In this document: positions 37,281-51,120 of the stretch, piece by piece
Layout: each line of letters begins with the position of its first letter
How positions within the stretch are numbered: the stretch's first letter is position 1
Assembly (NCBI GenBank): GCA_051362555.1
Contig: CM120648.1
Coordinates: 17,666,587-17,730,586 of the forward strand
Reading direction: 5' to 3'
Origin: Lingula anatina
Taxonomy: Eukaryota; Animalia; Brachiopoda
DNA length: 64,000 nucleotides
Notes under the pieces: generated by a model
Told to the model about the DNA's origin: nothing
What the model saw: the letters and a program-made list of their open reading frames with translations, nothing else
Databases searched by the model: none
Position numbers and translations under genes: made by a program

Positions 37281-38836
37281 TGATTTCCTGATTTTAAATC
37301 CCTCGTTGTTTCTTTCCATTCAGGCCAATTACATGTAGTGCGTTGAAGCACTGTTGATGCAGTTCAATTTAATATTTCCTCGGTTTTATGATACGGAAAA
37401 CATGATATGAAATAAACCAAAGATTATCCGGCTTATAAAATTATTTTGTGGAATTAGTAAAGTACAATGAAAATCGGCAACTGGTCAGAAATGGCCCAAG
37501 AACATAAAACCCAATCAGTGATCGTAGTTAAATATTGATTAATGGTTTGTTATCTTCTTTAAAGTTACGGAATAAAACGTTGTGTCAAGTGGTCAACTTA
37601 ATGTAGCTTACCGTTTCCAATGTTTCTCCAACTTTTGTAAAAAGAATGCGAGATACTTTTCTCCACTTCAATCCAAGTGTACCGACCAAGATGTGTTACA
37701 TATAGTTTTTAATGTGTTGTCTATATACGGCACGCCTTAATGTATTATACAATTTTAATTACTGATATTTATGACCACTGGAAGAAATTGTATGAGTTAT
37801 CATTGAATTTTATATATTAAGAAATTATAAATGCGAAGTCGTTCAAAATAAAAGCATGATTCATCTTTATATCACTTTGGCCATATAAAAATCTGGAATT
37901 GTACAGGCATACATTCTCCAGGAGCATTTTTATTTTCCATGGTATTTCCAATGGTATCTTATAAATTCGACATTTTGAAGACAAAGACAAAAGAGCGTAT
38001 TTCTAATCAGAACAATATTCATTGTATATATACAACTTTGTTATCATCAGTAAAAATTGCTGTAGGTAACTAATAAGTAATAAATATGTATCATATTATT
38101 GAACAGTGCGTTTTTTTGTTTTTTTTTTGTCTTTCCGTCATTATTTCAACCCAATTCCTTCCTGTATTGGCACAAACCGTTACATTGTACATGTAATATG
38201 ACAATGCAAGATAATTTCAATGATATTATTTCTACCTTACAGAAAACAGGGATTTGAACGATAGTCAACAGCGTATTGTATACCCGTTTGAAAATGTTCC
38301 AAAGTCAATAAATAAGAACGTGTATCTTACAAAACCCAAAACATACAAGTGCACAGACAGGTCAAGCAATTATTTGTGAGGAAGATATTGACATTTTCCC
38401 AAAAAGAAATTAAATTACACTCAAATAACCTTCCGTGGAGTTTGCCGCGGGCGGGACAGTTGTGTCTGTAAATGTGCGTGTCAAAACTTCGTTTTTTATC
38501 GAATGTAAAACTAACAGACGACGAATGCCATTGTTAAAGTAAGTTGACAGGAGAAAGTTTGGATCAATCAGTGTGAAATAAATTTTAAATATTTCATTCA
38601 TTCCGTATAAGTAGAGAGTGAAGAGGGATAAAACACCATTTATTGCAGCTAGCGCTGGAACTTGGTTCGTATTAAGCCACGGAACATGAACCTTAGACAC
38701 CATATCTATATTTGAACAGGATTTTATTGACTGTTGAGAGAAAACATCGCGTTAACAAATCGATGAGTATCGAGACAAATCCAAGGCAGAGAACAGAGAA
38801 TTTAAATTTACAAATTTACCTAGGAAAACAAAACGG

Positions 38837-39526
38837 ATGATGCCAACTGCAGTAAACAAGAAGTCTCTCAAAGTGGCGGTGTTGACACCCTTGGTGTTCT
38901 CCATCATGGCGCTGGTCTATGGCTCGGGTCACCATTATTACAACCCAGAGGGGTGCAAGACACACGTCTCTCACTCCTCTGTGTTCATGTCTCTAGTCGT
39001 AAGGGGAGTGGCTTGGTGTGCGTCTCACTGCTCCCTGGAGGAGGAATGTAAGGGGTTTAACTTGGAGCTCGCTAACTCCGAATTCATATCGTGCGAACTG
39101 GTGAATGCCACATCCGATATACATGGAACAGATCTCATTTTGCGAATTGGATATTCTTACTATGAAAAGGTGAGTAAACTGGAATCTGTCCTCTTTTTTT
39201 TCCTCGTGTGGCAATTCATTTTTATCAAGCAGGTTGGAATTTTTACAAGCACATTAATTGTATCAAAAAAGCACCAGATATAGGCAAGATAATGAAAATA
39301 GTGCCGAAATAAATCTTTAATCAACAACCAATATTGAAATCGTCGAATACCTTTACTATTTTGATGTCTATCCGATATCTATCTCTGAAAAGGCGAGAAG
39401 TGCGGATATGCCCTTCGTTATTGCTTTCGATAGGCATTGTAATCTAAGTTGGAATTGCCTTTAACAACTATGTTTTAGTTCATTGTACTTAAAATGCTTT
39501 TTGGGAATTTTTCGAATTTTATTCTG

Positions 39527-39578
<52 letters not shown>

Positions 39579-41001
39579 TGATTTCCTGATTTTAAATCCC
39601 TCGTTGTTTCTGAATTAATAGCTCACACTACATAATAAATAACTAAATTACAATAAAGCTGTGACAATCCATTTGGTAAAAACCCTTTTTGCTGGAGCAA
39701 ACGTCTTCTAAAATAAGAGAACGGCAATATTTGCACATCACCTGTGCCGATGAAAGGCTGTTTTATCATATTTATTAAAATTGTTAATTTATCAGAGAAT
39801 CAAGTAAAGAATAAATTAATTTAATGTTTGTGCCTTGGTGTACTTAGTTATAACATGTTTTGTTTTTGTTTTGGGTTGTTTATTCATTTAATTGTGTTAT
39901 TAAGCACTACATTGAAAATCTGAACCACAACCAATCACGAACGTGACACGTGTCATAGTATACATGTACATATTTTGTCCAGGTACCCTCTGGCTTCGTG
40001 ACTGACACGTGCGAGCTGTTAAATCTAACAAGTATGTTGTTATCTTTTTTTAATTTTCTTTTTCTTTAATATAATACAGTCAAATACAATCAAACGATGG
40101 TGATGTTCGTCTTGTATAGGGTCATGATCATTATCGTTGTATTGGATTGGTAGATTATACCGATAATTTCAAAAACAGATGTTGTTTTCACGATTGTGAA
40201 GATTGTTGCTGCCATTTTGTCATTTTTACACTTCTCACTTTATGAAAAACACCGTCTCTTCAGAGAGAAAAAGAGAGACCTGTCACAAAATGTGCATAGA
40301 GCAAACACCAATTAACTAGCATCATTACCTATTAAACATGTTCTGTATTATTGCCTTCAGTCCCAGAGGGGTTTGTACAGTTGGGAAATCCTTCAGCATG
40401 GTATTACCACGGGACGAACAAAGTGTGGGAAAAAGCCAGATCTTACTGTCAGTCTCTTGGTTCTTCCATCTTCCTGACGACAATTGAGGACGCCGAAGAG
40501 AATGCCGTGCTCGTGGATTATGTGCATACAAATGGTGGAAGTAAGGAGTTAAATATTATTTTTCCACAGTAATGTTTTATTATCGTCTAATTAATTGTCT
40601 ATAAGTGCCTGTCTTTTTGTAGTTCTTATTTCACTTTTACAGCCATTAATATGAATATTGTTAGGATATTTATTTATTTATTTAATGTATACTTGAAGTC
40701 ACAGTTCTTGTAAAACGTGCTTGTGCTGCAGCAATTAGAAAAAAAATTGATTTTGCGATGTATTCCAGCACATTTTTGGACCGACGGGGTCTATGGAAGC
40801 GGCTATTGGGTCTGGAACCACACCGGCCGCAATGTGACGTACAGCAACTGGGCAAGCGTTTCGTCTGGTAAAACCTCGACCGGATGTCTTGTTGCTATTG
40901 TTTGGTCGAACACCACAGACCCCACTCACGGACAATTGCGCAAAGCCTCTTGTGGCTTAAACTTCGATTTCATTTGTAAACTCTACCCCTATTTCTCCTA
41001 A
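38837..41001 (+). CDS. PAN/apple + C-type lectin-like protein C (264 aa); exons 38837-39169, 39983-40031, 40361-40540, 40769-41001
   Basis: Paralog with the same exon structure and an open frame. Confidence 0.85.
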
Positions 41002-41056
41002 TAAACCCATGTCGTACCTGCTATAATGAGGAGAATGACACAAGGACAAATACCTA

Positions 41057-42441
41057 CACACACTGGACAAAAGAAGTGTCACCCCTACTGAGCCAATACT
41101 ATGGGAGAGATAAATGACTGTGGAATGATATGCTCCTGGTATCATTTTATTAACATCAAATTTCACAAAAAATCACAAAATGAGAACAAAATATACATTC
41201 TACCAAAATATGCAGTTTCAAGTCCAAAATTAGTACTTAGTGGCATAGCCACGTGACCTAATAATAGGTGCCAGTCTACGAAGCAAGGTTTCATATAATT
41301 GTCTGATGCGTTCAGGGCTTATGCTGGCGCAAGCATGAAACACTGAATATAATAGAGTTTCTCTGCTGGTTAGACGGGCATTTGTCAAAAGTTTTAACAT
41401 ATCATTCCACACATTTTCTATTATGTTTGCATCCGGACTCTGGGCAGGCCACATCACCCTGCGAATGTCCTGTTGGTCAAACCAATCATCAACTGCTCTG
41501 GGCCTGTGACAAGGAGCATTGTCATCCTGGTGAACAAATGGATAATTCCTGTCACCAAACATGTTAGTAATACATGGTAGCAAGCCTGACTCCAAAACAT
41601 CGATATATTTCTAGTGATTCATGTTTCCAATAACCACTATCAATTCGCCCAAGCCATGGATGCTGATGCAGCCCCACACCATGATGAATATGCTGCTCCG
41701 GGTTCGAAAATTCAGTGCATGTGGTTCAAATGCTTTACCATCAGTTTGCCAGCATAGTACCCGTCTGTCATCAGAGGTCAGACCAAAGCGACACTCATCA
41801 GAAAAATATATAGGACCAATTGTCATGAACTGTCCAGTTCCAGATCCTGTTGACCCTAGTTTACTCTACGTTGCCTGTTTTGTAACGATATAAGAGGTTT
41901 CAGTCTTGCTACCCTGCTGTACACTCTCTGAGCATGTAACCGACGCCTAGCAATTTTCACAGACACATTCTTATGTGTGAAATTGTTCCACTGTGTTGTC
42001 AACTGACAAGCAGTGTCGAATTTTGACAACCTGGGCATCAAAATCAGTCGTCGGTCTTCACGGCCAGTATTTTTTCTTGGACGACCCATCAGAGGCAATT
42101 TGTCTCTTGATCCAGTGTTTCTATACCGAGACCAGACCCTCTGCACGGTTCTGACTGAAAAATTCAATTGTATCGATATTCTGACATTGTTTATATTCCG
42201 CCTCTTCAGGTAAATAACTTGCACCTATAACCGTTAGATAATTGCCTGTATCTTGCCATATTGGAGGAAGACAGGAATAACATTTGCTGTACATGTACAA
42301 GACCAACAATACAATTCAATGGTATAGCGGTTTTATACTCATTAGTCACATTATAAGTAGACCAGGCATTATAAATACCCAAGATCTGCCTACTTTTATT
42401 ACTCTGAGTTAGGGGGTGACACTTCTTTTGTCCAGTGTGTG
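41057..42441 (-). mobile_element. Tc1 (DD34E) transposon, defective copy 2, in the lectin C 3'UTR
   Basis: Same TIR as copy 1; TA TSD 41055-56 / 42442-43; empty site AAATACCTAGGAAAAGC seen in paralog B (~36213). Confidence 0.95.
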
Positions 42442-44041
42442 TAGGAAAAGCAAATTCGATATGAAACAGGAGACGAGGTTACAATATACATGGCATAGGA
42501 ATGGAAACTTGTTTTTGTCTCTTTTCAGTGTAGATTTTACCTGTGTTACATGTTACCCATCTTTCTTCAAGTGGAGACTTATTCAACAACGTTTTAAATG
42601 ATTGTGGTTGTATGTGCGTTCCACTTCCTTCGGGCATCTTGATATGGGTTAATAAGTCCTGACAGCCTTTACAAACTTTTCTATGAAACATTTAATTTAT
42701 TTATGTGACACTTTTTCTGTTGGACCAACGAAATCACACACAAAAGCACATTTGTTAACTTCGTGTTTGTTTATTGTTCATTTCAATATTAGTTTTCAAT
42801 CTCAAATACTTGTCAGATTTCCCGTGGCTTTGTCAAATTATCACGTAGCGTTAAGTGATAACACCTCACTGCCATTACGGCAAGGCCAATCAGTATCTCT
42901 CTTGGAATATAGTGGGATCTGGACTTGTGTTTTCGACTCCTTTTTGCTTCAAGATAAAGCCAATACTCTCTGAACAAACAACCATAGGTTTACCTTTAAT
43001 GAGTGGTATTTAAGAATATATTTGAGAATATCTACCCGTCTATGTATGGTTGTTTGTGAGAAAAAAATCTGAATAAACACAGATGTTATTTACTCACGCC
43101 CAAGTTATTTCTCCTTACTTTAAATGTCAGTATGTGTTTTTACAGACAGATAGAGAGGATGGATTTCTATTTCTTCTTTCCGTCCTTGATCTTAAAGAGC
43201 AGGTTTCCCATAGAATCATTGGCTCGAAGATTGGTGTATGCTGTTGGACCTTATTCTTCTCTGGCCTAAGGCCTTATACATTGCAGTGCGTTGGAACACG
43301 GTCAATAAAGTTCATTTTAATATGATATTACCTCGGTTTTATTATACCGAAGACATGATATGAAATAGACCAAATTTTTTCCGGCTTATAAAATTACTTT
43401 GTGGAATTAGAAAAGTACAATGAAAAGCTAAAAAATCGGCAACTGGTCAGAAATGGCCGAAGAACATAAAACCAAATCAGTGATCGTAGTTAAATATTGA
43501 TGAATGGGTTGTTATCTTCTTTAAAGTTAAGGAATAAAACGTTGTGTCAAGTAGTCAACTTAATGTAGCTTACCGTTTCCAATTTTTCTCCAATGTTTCT
43601 TCGTAAAAAGAATGCGAGATACTTTTCTCCACTTTAGTTAGTTCAAGTGACCAAGGTGTGTTACATGTAGTTTTTAATGTGTTGTTTATATACGGCACGC
43701 TTAAATGTATTATACAATTTTTATTAATAATATTTATGACAACTGAAAGGAATCGTGTGAGTTATTATTGACTTGTATGCATTAAGAAATCATTAGTACT
43801 TAGTCGTTCAAAATAAGATAATGGTTAATCTTTATATTACTTTGGCCACATAAAAATCTAGAATTGTACAGGCATTCATTTTCCACGAGCATTTTTATTT
43901 TCAAAGGTATTTTCAAGGGCATCTTATAAATTTGACATTTTGAAGACAAAGACAAAGGGGCGTATTTCTAATCAGAACAATATGCATTGTATATATACAT
44001 CATCAGAAAAATAGCTGTAGGTAACTAATAAGTTATTGAAC

Positions 44042-44109
<68 letters not shown>

Positions 44110-45115
44110 TTGTTTTGTTTTGTGTCTTTCCGTCATTAATTCAACTCAATTCCTTCCTGTATTGGTACAAAACCCTACATTTTAAAATGATAATGATAAA
44201 ATTTCTAACTTACAAAAAGGGGGTTTGAACGATAATCTACAGCGTATTGTATACCCGTTTGAAAATGTTCCAAAGTCAATATACAAGAACGTGTATCTTA
44301 CAAGTGCAAAACATACAAGTGCACAGATAGGTCAAGCAAATATTTGTGAGGAAGATATTGACATTTTCCGAAAAAGAAATTACTCTCAAATAATCTTCCA
44401 GGGAGTTTGCCGCGGGAGGGGACAGTTGCGTTTGTAAATGTGCGTGTCAAAACTACGTTTTTTATCGAACATAAAACTAACAGACGACGAATGCTATTGT
44501 TAAAGTAAGTTCACAGGAGGAAGTTTGGATCAATCAGTGTAAAATAAAATTTAAATATTTCATTCATTTCGTATAAGTAGAGAGTAAAGAGGTATCAATT
44601 ACCATTTATTGCAGCTAGCGCTGGAACTTGGTTCGTATTAAGCCACGGAACGTGAACCTTAGACACCATATCTTTATTTGAACGGGATTTTAATACCTGT
44701 TGAGAGAAAACATCACGTTAACAAACTGATGAGTATCGAGACAAATCCAATGTAGAGAACAGATAATTTAAATTAACAAATTTACCTAGGAAAACAAAAC
44801 GGATGATGCCAACTGCAGTAAACAAGAAGTCTCTCAAAGTGGCGGTGTCAACATCCTTGGTGTTCTCCATCATGGCGCTGGTCTATGGCTCGGGTCACCA
44901 TTATTACAACCCAGAGGGCTGCAAGACCCACATCTCTCACTCTTCTGTGTTCAAGTCTCTAGCTGTAAGGGGTGTGGCTTGGTGTGCGTCCCACTGCTCC
45001 CTGGATGAGGCATGTAAGGGGTTTAACTTGGAACTCGTTGACGCCGAATTCATATCGTGTGAACTGGTGAATGTCACATCAGATATATATGGAACAGATC
45101 TCATCTGGCGACCTG

Positions 45116-46042
45116 GGGCCAATTCCATAAAAGCATTCTAACTTAGCATGATACTAGGCCTTAGAATGATTCTAAATCCCTAGTTGTATACTTGTTAGCA
45201 ATCAACTAATTTCTATTCCATAAAACCAAACTAAGAATCATTCTTACTAGTTGCTTGCTAAGATTTGGCTAGAATGGTGTATTCATAGGAAAACCACAAA
45301 ACCACAGGGTCAGTTACGCCAAACAAAAGGCAGTGACAGTGAAAGTTGAGCTGATTGCAGGCTGAGGGAAGTACTGGTCAAGGCATTACCATGTATTCTA
45401 TAAAAGCCCTATACAGAAAGGGGTCAAAATGGCAACTTCAGGGAAGAGACAACAAAAGCCCAATTATTCAACACAAGAAAATCTCTTTATTGTGTTATTT
45501 ATTTATTATTTATTTTGTGCATTTGGAAATTCCACATAATCCCCAATCCTTGCTGCAAGAGCATTTGATACATGATGAATTGCACGCCAAGCGGTTTGCT
45601 GGGACACTTGCAAAGGGTCCCCAACAACATACTGGAATGTGCCTGTTGCATAGTATTGCAGGGCTATCATTACCTGCTGGCATGGTAATAAGGCATTATT
45701 GACAATGTCAGTTATCGATATCTTTTTACAAGTTCCACATCATCAAAAATGTCCAACGGATTCCTTCTATCCCGAAACACTCGTTCCCGCCGCATTGCTC
45801 TGCAGAGTTCCACTATTTATAAAATTCTCCTGGCCATCCTTACACCTCGGAGGTGTGGGTAGAAATGAATTAGAATGATACTAGTGATTTAGAAAAGACC
45901 CAGACCTACTCTAACTTTAGCATGAAACTTAGAACTATACTAGGCTTAGAATGGTTTTATGGAATAGAGTTAGTAGGTAACTAGAGAAAGAATGAAGTTT
46001 AGCAACCAACTAGGGCTTAGAATGGTTTTATGGAATTGGCCC
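45116..46042 (-). mobile_element. Internally deleted PIF/Harbinger element
   Basis: TIR GGGCCAATTCCATAAAA / TTTTATGGAATTGGCCC; CTG TSD (or CCTGG); minus-strand HARBI1-like remnants RVFRDRRNPLDIFDDVELVKRYR (~45715-45783) and ATGTFQYVVGD (~45616-45650). Confidence 0.85.
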
Positions 46043-46445
46043 CTGGATACTCTTACTATGAAAAGGTGAGAAAACTGGAATCCGTCCTCTGTTTTTTTTT
46101 TTTTTTTCTTCGTGTGGCAATTCATTTTAATCAAGCAAGTTGGAATTTTAACAAGCACGTTAATTGTATCAAAAAAGCACCATATACAGGCAAGATAATG
46201 AAAATAGCGCCCAAATAAATCTTTAATCAACAACCAATATTAAAATCGTCGAATACCTCTAATATTTTTATGTCTATCCGATATCTGTCTCTGAAAAGGC
46301 GAGAAGTCCGGATATGCCCTATGCCCTACGTTATTGCTGTTGAAGGGCAGTGTAATCTAAGTTGTTATGTCCTTTAACAAGTATGTTTAAGTTTATTGTA
46401 CTTAAAAATGCTTTTTTGGGAAAATTATTCGATTTTATTATGTGC

Positions 46446-46478
<33 letters not shown>

Positions 46479-46944
46479 CATTATTTAATTTACTTATTTA
46501 AAATCCCTGGTTATTACTGAATTAATGAGCTTACATTACAAAATAAATAACTAAATTATAATAAAACTGTGAAAATCAATTTGTAAAACCCCTTGTTCCT
46601 GGAGCCAACGTCCATTAAATAATATCTAAGAGAACGGCTATATTTGAACATCCCCTGTGCCAAAGATCAACTGGTCTATTACATTACATGAAATTGTTTA
46701 TTTATCAATGGATCAAGTAATGAATTAATTAATTTCATTTTTGTTTCTTTATTTACTTATTTATAATATATTTTCTGTTGTGGGTTTTTTTTTCATTTAA
46801 TCATGTCATTTAGCAGTACATTTAAAATTTGAACCACCTGGTACAACCGATCACGAATGTGACATGTGTCATACATATTTTACTATTTCCAGGTATCCGC
46901 AGGCTTCGTGACCGATACTTGTGACCTGTTCAATTTAACAGGTA

Positions 46945-49900
46945 CCGTATAGCTAAAAAAAAACACGACTATTGGTACGCGTATGATCGATAACTGATTT
47001 AATTCTCGTAAGATTACCATCCGCCCCCTTCCTTATGAATAGGTATTACTTTATTAATACAATGCAACCGTCGTGTAGCCGCATGTTAGAAGACAATGTT
47101 TGATTACGCACAGCAGTAGGAGGCCGCTACCCCTTCCCAGCAAGGAGTCAACACAGCAGCGCGTAACCCGGGGTTAATTAGGGGTTATTAGGTGTCCACT
47201 TATGATCGGTATTGTTCGTCTTGATTGCAGCACACTTCCTACTCACTATTGGTTCGACCGCCTCTTCTTTAAATGCTCTCTCAAACCTTTCCTCAGTCAG
47301 CCGAGAATGGAAACACGTTTATCTGCCGATAAACTACGTCGTTGATGCATTATTCGGCATCATTCTACAGTGGGTCATAAGGCTCTATCTATCATTTTTT
47401 TCGTCTCGCATTTTACCAGATTAAGCTGACGCTCGAAAACTAAATTTAATGAATAATTTTCTCACGTGCACCGTATCCAGCTAATTTTACGACAATAACT
47501 ACCACGGCACCTCCGCCATTTGCAATTGTAGACGAACCACGTGTTTCCAACTGATAGGCCAATACAACTATACCAGACCCATTGTACGAGAAAAGACCGT
47601 TTATATTTAATGAATTAAAAAATATTTGAGGATTGCGATTTTCTATTGATATACTATCGATGGTATCCCTGTATTAAATCATCCACTGCTACCCCCTCTT
47701 TTGTAGTGTAGCATGACTCGTATCACAAGATGGCCTTAGAAATGAAGTAAGACAGGCCTATACTCTGATAGTTTTTAGTCTATTATTAACCCTAATGTCG
47801 TTGCTTGTCATTCATTCTAGAACTCTCTGAGCCATCGCAAAATTATTTGCCAGGACATTTAAAGGCTACTTCTTAACGGATTTTTTTTTATTTGCACTGA
47901 GTCCAAAATGTTCGAGGACGTCTCTGTCGTTATCGCCGTTTCTCGGACGCAGTCCCAGACAAAGGATCGGAAAGTTTCTAAATAAAAGAACTTATAAATG
48001 CTGCCACTAGTCATCCTTATTGTTCCTAAGTAAAGAGAGGCGATAATGATCTTTTCTTTCTTCTAGCTTAGTCTGTCGACTAAAATGAACAAGGTTAGGC
48101 CTACAATGCAACCACCTATTATTACGACCATTAATGAGGTTCTTTGCTACACTCCCTTTCTTCATGATCGCGAAACCAGTGGGGTGCTGTGTTTTAAATA
48201 TATAAAAAAGGGTCTCGCGAGCTGAAGCTATAATAATGAAATAAAAAAAATCCAATGAATAGGCCTATCTAATAAACCATGAAGCACGTAGTCTAGGCCT
48301 CTTCTTTGACCGACATCACATTTTTAAATTCTTTGTTTTAATAAGAGGACGAACGTGGTCTAATTTGTCTTTTGGTGGTGTGTGATTTTGCTCGAAGTAG
48401 CGGAGTCAAGTAAATCGGTGATTTACCGTTGGTAAGAGTAGCGATCATCGCTCCTGCGTCCTCATAGATTACTTTCTAATCACCCGTAATTACCGCAGTC
48501 AGGAATAAGCGCTCAAATAGGGTTTTTTGTATCAGGGAAAATTTTAGTATTAATCTTATGTTATTATGTATCTGTATTATGTAATCATGTAACTCATTTT
48601 CCCAAGGCAACCACCAATTATGACGACCATTAATGAAGTTCTCTGCTACACTCTCTCCTCATGATCACTTGCTCGATCGTGAAACCCTGGAGGTATTGTA
48701 TATATATTTGGGGTAGTTTACTATAGCATGCTACACTCTCCTCATGATCAGCTGCTCGATCGTGAAATCTGGAGTGAAACCCATGGTTTATCTACCAATG
48801 GTTTAAATAAATAAAAAGGGTGTCATGGAGGTGAAGCTGCTTAACTCATAAGAAAAACGAACGAAAAAATACGATGAACATTTAATAAACCACGAAGCAC
48901 GTATGTTTTGACCGTTATCGCCTTTTTTACATAAGATGTCTCAACAAGAAGGCAGATGTAGTCCAATTTGTCTTTTGTTGGTGATTCTGCTTCAGGTGGC
49001 TGAGATTAGTTGATCGGTGATGCACCGTTGGTAAGAGTAGCAATCATCACTCCTGCGTTCTAACGGATTACTTTCCAACCCCCCATAATTAACGCAGCCA
49101 GGAATAGGCGCTGAAATAGGGAGTATTAAATCAGGAATTAATTTTTGTAATTATGTATCCGTAAAATAAGAATCGTAACATTATCACGTATTTTTCCTGA
49201 TGGAAAATATCATAATTTATGCACACTGATCGAATTATAAAGAAAATCTCCAGATGTAAACAAAGGTCAGTCAAGTATCACTCATCCCAGGCTGCAGGGC
49301 AGATATAGAGAATTGAATGAAGCGCCCGTGATCTGGCAACCCTACAAATTTGTCATAATGATTCATGGGCAAACAATAGAAGCATGATATTAACACCTTT
49401 TACAGTGTGAATGACGACACCTTATGAGGCTTTTGTTTCTTCCCCTGGGTTGGTATTACAAAGTAAGTATGTTGACGTAAGTGTGTTGACTTTTGCATGT
49501 TCAAAGGAACAATGGAAATGTCATTTCAAAACAAAGAGCCACATTTCCCTACTTAGGTGGCCAAAATATTGTCAATGAAACGCAAAAAAGACAAAATCAC
49601 CAGCTGTTACTGACTGAGTCTAACTCAAATGCAAAAAGGTACGCACAGCGACAAAGCGCTATTGTAAACAATGACCCGACGATGAGATCAATAAGATGTA
49701 TAAAATGACTATTTGTACTATAAAACTGTACCCCTGCCCCTACTTGTATATGATTACACACACAAGGCCACCTTATACCAGAGTTACAGATTGATTTTTC
49801 ATTACACAGTCTCTTGCACTGAAGAAAAATACTCATAATTAATTTGCGGTCCTAGTAGAGGGTCTTCTCTCGCTTTCTCTCAAATCAAAATAAACTAGCA

Positions 49901-51120
49901 AACATGTAAATTGGCAAAATGTATTGGAATGTAAAGTGTTGCGAACCCTTTAAACAAGGTGAATGGTAATATGCACGTTTAGACAAATTTTAATTTTAAT
50001 TTCAATTAAATTTAATTTTAATTAAAATTGATATTACCAAAATTAGTAAATGTCGTTTGCGTCATGTATCAATATTTTTGCGCATAATAGTACCTACGCT
50101 ATAAACATTCAGCAAAGATATTTGGAAGGCCGCTCTTTTGTTGTTTATATCAAAGGAAAACTATTTGATACCCATCGTATCAATCATTATACCATGATAA
50201 GAGATTAGCATACTAATTTATGTCCCCAGTAATAATAACTTTAACAATAACAACAAACCTTCCTACTGTGCTTTCCGTTGCAAAAACAATTAGCCACAAT
50301 TAGCCCGCTGTTTTATATATTAATAGATATTTATAATAATGACAATTTCAAAATCTTCAAAAGTACCGACAGGGACACGAACTCCCGTCGGGTAGGTTGC
50401 AGACGACTCAACGACGTTAACCGTTGTTCCACCAATTCTATTGTTCACACATGCAGATATCGACAGCTCTGTATTGCCGCGCATGCCGAAGCTTTGCGGA
50501 AATTGCCGAAGGCTAGGAAAATTCTTCAAAATATACTTTTATTACATTTAATCAAATCCAGACTTTAATCAAATCCAGAATTTAATCCAAATCTCCCACT
50601 GCCCTGAGGTATGGCTAAAGGCTTTCAGTTGTCATCAGACTTTGTAATTTGGGAGAAAAAAGTGAAACAGTAACTTCTGGTGATGAATAATAGGTAATAG
50701 TGCTGCAAGGTGTTGTTTTTTATCCCTGATGTACGAGTAGCTTTTTCTACAGTTTCTATAATTCTCTTAACGTATGAAAATATGCAGGTTTTCTGATATA
50801 ATAAGACTTTGATAAAATCAAAACCAATAATACTTTTAAAGTCGAGAGTCGGGATAAACATCGGCAAGGTGGAGATATGTCCCGCCGGCGCTTTCGCAAC
50901 AGCAAGACTGAAGGACGCAAGTTACAAAGCAAAACATGTTTAGTCAAGTTAAAGACTTAATTACCGGTTTAACTTCGGCGGCAGTGCCTACTGCTGTGAG
51001 CAACATGCGCTGTCCATCGTAATCCCCCTATCATTAACACTGTCGGGGACGTGCGCATTAGCGCGTCTGATGTAGACAGCGTGTGCTATTAAAGTGACCG
51101 GGGACTTATTAGCTATAGTG
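46945..51120. mobile_element. 4.2-kb non-coding TA-targeting TIR insertion (Tc1/mariner/pogo-like)
   Basis: TA|CCGTATAGCTAA ... TTAGCTATAGTG|TA; removing it restores the GTATGTGGTTATCC donor matching paralogs; internal diverged ~500-bp duplication (~48110-48530 vs ~48610-49130). Confidence 0.75.
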
